This document shows, piece by piece, positions 7,837 to 10,830 of a DNA stretch of 10,830 nt. The DNA comes from Candidatus Methylomirabilota bacterium. Lineage in GTDB: Bacteria > Methylomirabilota > Methylomirabilia > Rokubacteriales > CSP1-6. The position numbers and the translations under genes are program-made. The stretch lies in NCBI GenBank assembly GCA_046726415.1, contig JBKPAK010000325.1, forward strand, positions 1 to 10,830. The letters are read 5' to 3'. How positions within the stretch are numbered: position 1 is the first letter of the stretch; each line of letters starts with the position of its first letter. The notes below the pieces were generated by a model that was given only the letters and a program-made list of their open reading frames with translations, was not told the DNA's origin and made no database searches.

Positions 7837-9000
7837 TCACACGCCAGCCGCGACGGGCTGGCTCGTCGGTACGCGGGCCGCGAGCGGCGGACGCACTTCG
7901 GCCCAAAAGCGCCCGAGCTGTTCGAGGGTTTCCGGCCGCCGCATGCCCGGCAGGTGAGGAAAGATGAGGAGCGCCTCGAAGCCGAGCTCCTCCTGCATGG
8001 CGAGCAGGGTGTCTCGCGCCTGCTCGGGCGTGCCGACGATCCAGGACTTGCCGGCCATGCGCTCCTCGAGCGTGAACGGAGGGCGGCTCGCCAGCGCCGG
8101 GTTGCGGCGAATGATGTTCGGCCACAGGAGCTTGGTCAGCTCGTCATGGCCCCGACGGGCCGTGCGCATCGCCTCCGCCGCCGAGTCGGCGACGTGGAAC
8201 TGCACCTGGAGCACCCGGTCCTCGCCCCGCCGCAGCGCCACGCCGTGCGCCTCCTCGACCAGCGCGCCGTAGCGTCGCCACCACGGGACCATCCGCTCCC
8301 AGGGATGGTTGGCGAGGACGCCCACGTGGCGATGACGGGCGGCGTAGGCCAGCGTCTCTTCGCTGCCGATTGGCTGGTAGACGCGCACCGGCGTGTCGAT
8401 CGGCCGCGGGACCAGCGGGAACTCGGTGACGGGCTCACCGCGGAAGGTCAGGCCCTCGGGGGGAATCGTGTAGTGCTTCCCGCGGTAGGAGAACCGCTCG
8501 TTGGAGGTGGCGGCCTTGAAGATCTCCACCTGCTCCTCGAAGACGTCGCGGTTGTAGACGTCGTCGGCGTTGTTGCCGTAGCCGACGTTGACGCCGAACA
8601 CGTTCGATTCGCGCTCTTCGGTGCCTCGACCGAGGCCACAGAGCAGCCGCCCGCCAGAGAGCACGTCGGCCATCGCATAGTCCTCGGCGAAGTGGATCGG
8701 GTGCCAGGCGGTCAGCACGTGGATCAGGGCACCGAGGCGGATGCGACGCGTGTGCTGGGCCAGCACCGCATTCAGGACAATGACGTTCGGGACGATCTCG
8801 AACCCATGGTTGTGGAAGTGGTGCTCGGCCGTCCACATGGAGTCGTAGCCAAGCGCGTCGCAGTGTTGAGCGTAGGCGACGAGGTCGGCGTACGCGCGGC
8901 GGTAGTCCTCCTGGCCGTAGTTCCGCGCGTGCGCCGGCGGCCCGTCGACGCCGGCGTCCGGCATGTCCACGGTTCCGTAGAAAAACGCCCCGAAATGCAT
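7837..9000 (-). CDS. LLM-class (luciferase-like) flavin-dependent oxidoreductase, 387 aa
   Basis: Start MHFGAFF at ATG 9000 with GGAGG RBS. Motifs LGYDSMWTAEHHF, TRRIRLG, HPIHFAEDYAMADVLSGGRLLCGLGRG, IVGTPEQ. Confidence 0.93.
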   Translation of the reverse strand: MHFGAFFYGTVDMPDAGVDGPPAHARNYGQEDYRRAYADLVAYAQHCDALGYDSMWTAEHHFHNHGFEIVPNVIVLNAVLAQHTRRIRLGALIHVLTAWHPIHFAEDYAMADVLSGGRLLCGLGRGTEERESNVFGVNVGYGNNADDVYNRDVFEEQVEIFKAATSNERFSYRGKHYTIPPEGLTFRGEPVTEFPLVPRPIDTPVRVYQPIGSEETLAYAARHRHVGVLANHPWERMVPWWRRYGALVEEAHGVALRRGEDRVLQVQFHVADSAAEAMRTARRGHDELTKLLWPNIIRRNPALASRPPFTLEERMAGKSWIVGTPEQARDTLLAMQEELGFEALLIFPHLPGMRRPETLEQLGRFWAEVRPPLAARVPTSQPVAAGV

Positions 9001-9047
9001 CTCAGCCCTCCGAGCCCGCGTGAGGCCCCCGCCTGCCGCGCGAGTGC

Positions 9048-9404
9048 TCACGGCCCGCCGCCATCCATGGTGAGCACGATCTTGCCGATCTGAGCGTCGC
9101 TCAGCATGTACGCGTGGGTGAGCCCATCTTTCGAGGCCGTCCACGACTCGGCCAGGCTCGGCGCCCACGGGTTGCCCGGCATCGGCTTCACGAGGGCGTC
9201 GTGGAGCGCGTAGAGGGTCATGAAGGGTGTGATGACCCCGGGCGTCTCGACGGGATCGAACCACGTCGGGGCCAGCGAGACGTGGACGGCGAACGTGACC
9301 TGTCCCTCGGGCGCAGCGGCGGCCGGGCCGAACACCGAAAGCGAGAGCGCGATAGTCAGGGCGATGGCCGCCGCGAGGGGCAGCGGCGAGGGGCGAAGGT
9401 TCAC
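9048..9404 (-). pseudogene. Chimeric remnant: N-terminus of a family-5 ABC solute-binding protein fused in frame to the C-terminal tail of an MDR/quinone oxidoreductase
   Basis: GGAGG RBS and GTG 9404; signal peptide; APEGQVTFAVHVSLAPTWFDP...LHDALVKP...PSLAESWTASKDGLT (DppA/OppA-type start, normally continuing YxFxLR for about 500 aa). It switches to HAYMLSDAQIGKIVLT, the typical MDR ending AHxxxxxxxxxGKIVL. Confidence 0.8.
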
Positions 9405-9448
9405 TCTGTCCTCCGTGTTGTGCGTGACGCGTCCCGGGACAATGTCGG

Positions 9449-9480
9449 AGCATACACCAGCCGGCCGAGGCCGCTATAAT
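9449..9480. promoter_or_regulatory. Divergent promoter region
   Basis: Perfect TATAAT at 9475-9480 (+, facing the MetE-like gene) and TATGCT at 9454-9449 (-, facing the SBP remnant); no clear -35 for either. Confidence 0.45.
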
Positions 9481-9522
9481 CCGGCCCGATGAGCGCCTCA
9501 GCCATCCTCGACGACGTCCCGC

Positions 9523-9590
9523 GAGATCTCGTGAGGGGGAACCGATGCTGACCGTCGAGATCCGAGGAGGGGGAAGCGATGCTGACCGTC
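9523..9590 (+). repeat. 34-bp tandem duplication containing RBS, ATG and the first four codons
   Basis: GAGATCTCGTGAGGGGGAACCGATGCTGACCGTC (9523-9556) vs GAGATCCGAGGAGGGGGAAGCGATGCTGACCGTC (9557-9590): 29/34 identical. Confidence 0.9.
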
Positions 9591-10751
9591 ACGCAAGACC
9601 TGATGCTCCCCACAGCCATCACCGGGTCGTATCCCCGCCCGCTCTGGTTCACCGAAAGCCTGCGCGGTCGCTCGTTCAAGTCCGCGCTCGGCGATTCGCT
9701 CTTTCGCGAGCAGTATCTCGACGCCGTCGCATGCGTCGTCAACGCTCAGGAGGCTGCGGGCCTCGACATCGTGACCGATGGCGACAGCCGGTTCGACCTG
9801 GCCGTGGGTGGCAAGTCGTGGTTCTTCTATCCGATCGAACGGCTTGGCGGTGTCGAAGGTCACCGGGACACGTCCCGCGGCTGGATGCAGCGACACGGTT
9901 TGCGGCCGGGCCGCATCCTCTGGGAGGTGCAGGAAGCCTATCAACCGGCGGTGATCAAGGACACGCTGACGCGGGGACCATTGGAGTACGCGGCGCTATG
10001 GAAGGTGGCCCAGCGCCTGACCGACCGGCCCATGAAGTTCGGGGCGATCTGCGCGCCGGCCCTGGCCAGCATGCTGTGGGACGAGCACTACCGGGATGAC
10101 CGGGCCCTCGTCAACGATTTGTGCGACATCATGAACGCCGAGTTTCGGGAGCTGGCCGCCGCCGGCTGTCCGCTCATCCAGGTCGAGGAACCCCCGCACC
10201 ACGGGCGCACGACACGGCCCGACTGCACCGATGCCGACCTGCAGTTCCTGACCGAGGCCTTCAACCGTCAGCTCGTCGGTGTCGACGCCGAGATCTGGGT
10301 GCACACCTGCTGGGGGAATCCCAATCAGCAGCGCGTGTATTGGGACACACCGAGCTACGAGCGCGCGCTGCCGCATCTCCTCCAGCTCGACGGCGACGTG
10401 ATCACGTTCGAGTGCGCGAGCACCAACGGCCGGGACCTCCCCCTGTTCGCCAAGCACCGGAGCGACAAGAAGATCGGGATTGGCGTGGTGAGTCACTGCA
10501 CCACGGTGGTCGAGCCACCCGAGCAGGTGGCCAGCCTGATCCGGAAGGCGCTGGAGTTCATTCCGCCCGAACGGCTGGTGATCACCACCGACTGTGGATT
10601 CGGTCGCGAAGGGTTGAGCCGGCGCATCGCGTACTACAAGTGCGTGGCCCTCGTCGAGGGCACCAACATCGTCCGCCGCGAACTCGGCTTACCCGAGGCG
10701 CGCGTGCGCGCGGCAGACCCGCGGCTCTGGTTTGCCAGGGTCGAGGGCTAG
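9579..10751 (+). CDS. Cobalamin-independent methionine synthase II family (single-barrel MetE-like) protein, 390 aa
   Basis: TGSYPRP, QEAAGLDIVTDG, GCPLIQVEEP, Zn ligands HTC (H242, C244), E278 and DCGFG (C339); strong GAGGAGG RBS. Only the catalytic barrel is present. Confidence 0.92.
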   Translation: MLTVTQDLMLPTAITGSYPRPLWFTESLRGRSFKSALGDSLFREQYLDAVACVVNAQEAAGLDIVTDGDSRFDLAVGGKSWFFYPIERLGGVEGHRDTSRGWMQRHGLRPGRILWEVQEAYQPAVIKDTLTRGPLEYAALWKVAQRLTDRPMKFGAICAPALASMLWDEHYRDDRALVNDLCDIMNAEFRELAAAGCPLIQVEEPPHHGRTTRPDCTDADLQFLTEAFNRQLVGVDAEIWVHTCWGNPNQQRVYWDTPSYERALPHLLQLDGDVITFECASTNGRDLPLFAKHRSDKKIGIGVVSHCTTVVEPPEQVASLIRKALEFIPPERLVITTDCGFGREGLSRRIAYYKCVALVEGTNIVRRELGLPEARVRAADPRLWFARVEG

Positions 10752-10783
10752 GAGGCCCGACTCAGCGAGCAGGCAGGTCGAGG

Positions 10784-10808
10784 AGCGCCCCGGGTTGCCC
10801 GGGGCGCT
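10784..10808. repeat. Perfect GC-rich inverted repeat (REP-like element or terminator-like hairpin)
   Basis: AGCGCCCCGGG-TTG-CCCGGGGCGCT: 11-bp stem, 3-nt loop, 32 nt after the stop. No U-tract follows; a G-run continues to the window edge. Confidence 0.6.
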
Positions 10809-10830
10809 GCGCGCGGTGGGGGGGTTTGGG

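Noticed and set aside
5260..9000. Mycofactocin locus (creatininase MftE plus LLM plus SDR)
   Set aside because: No MftA precursor (IDGxCGVY), MftB, radical SAM MftC, MftD or glycosyltransferase in the window.
2796..9128. GAGGCCATC (2796-2804) and GAGCCCATC (9120-9128) flanking the central block as a target-site duplication
   Set aside because: Only 8/9 identical in GC-rich DNA. Removing the block would join two unrelated convergent stubs rather than restore a gene, and there are no terminal inverted repeats or transposase.
3626..9453. Apparent long N-terminal extensions or fusions in track ORFs 2846..4618, 6090..7739, 6965..8125 and 7837..9453
   Set aside because: The extensions overlap upstream genes in other frames and are low-complexity. 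Each gene has its own SD and ATG (3625, 6920, 7819/7822, 9000).
9523..9590. CRISPR array
   Set aside because: Two adjacent copies with no spacer and no cas genes.
9545..10099. 184-aa alternative-frame ORF as a real protein
   Set aside because: Arises only from the 34-bp duplication; the sequence is Arg/Pro-rich with no recognisable fold and overlaps the MetE-like gene.

Overview
GC-rich bacterial window packed with catabolic/redox genes. The gene families suggest a paralogue-rich soil or aquatic lineage such as Ca. Rokubacteria; this is an inference only. Left to right: (1) 5' part of a TamB/AsmA-like protein (- strand, runs off the window, absent from the ORF track); (2) crotonase-family gene; (3) a 45-codon stub of a luciferase-like monooxygenase (LLM); (4) second crotonase plus a phthalate-dioxygenase/LigX-type Rieske oxygenase alpha subunit (-); (5) divergent SDR (+); (6) a - strand run of a chimeric solute-binding-protein/quinone-oxidoreductase remnant, LLM, creatininase-family amidohydrolase and metallo-beta-lactamase-fold protein; (7) divergent single-barrel MetE-like protein (+) with a tandemly duplicated RBS/start, then a strong hairpin. 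Two patterns stand out. Five intact enzymes (SDR, MBL, both crotonases, MetE-like) have substituted canonical catalytic or substrate-binding residues. A ~6.3 kb central block is bracketed by two inward-pointing truncated genes, indicating rearrangement or misassembly. No rRNA, tRNA, CRISPR array, transposase or integrase was recognised.
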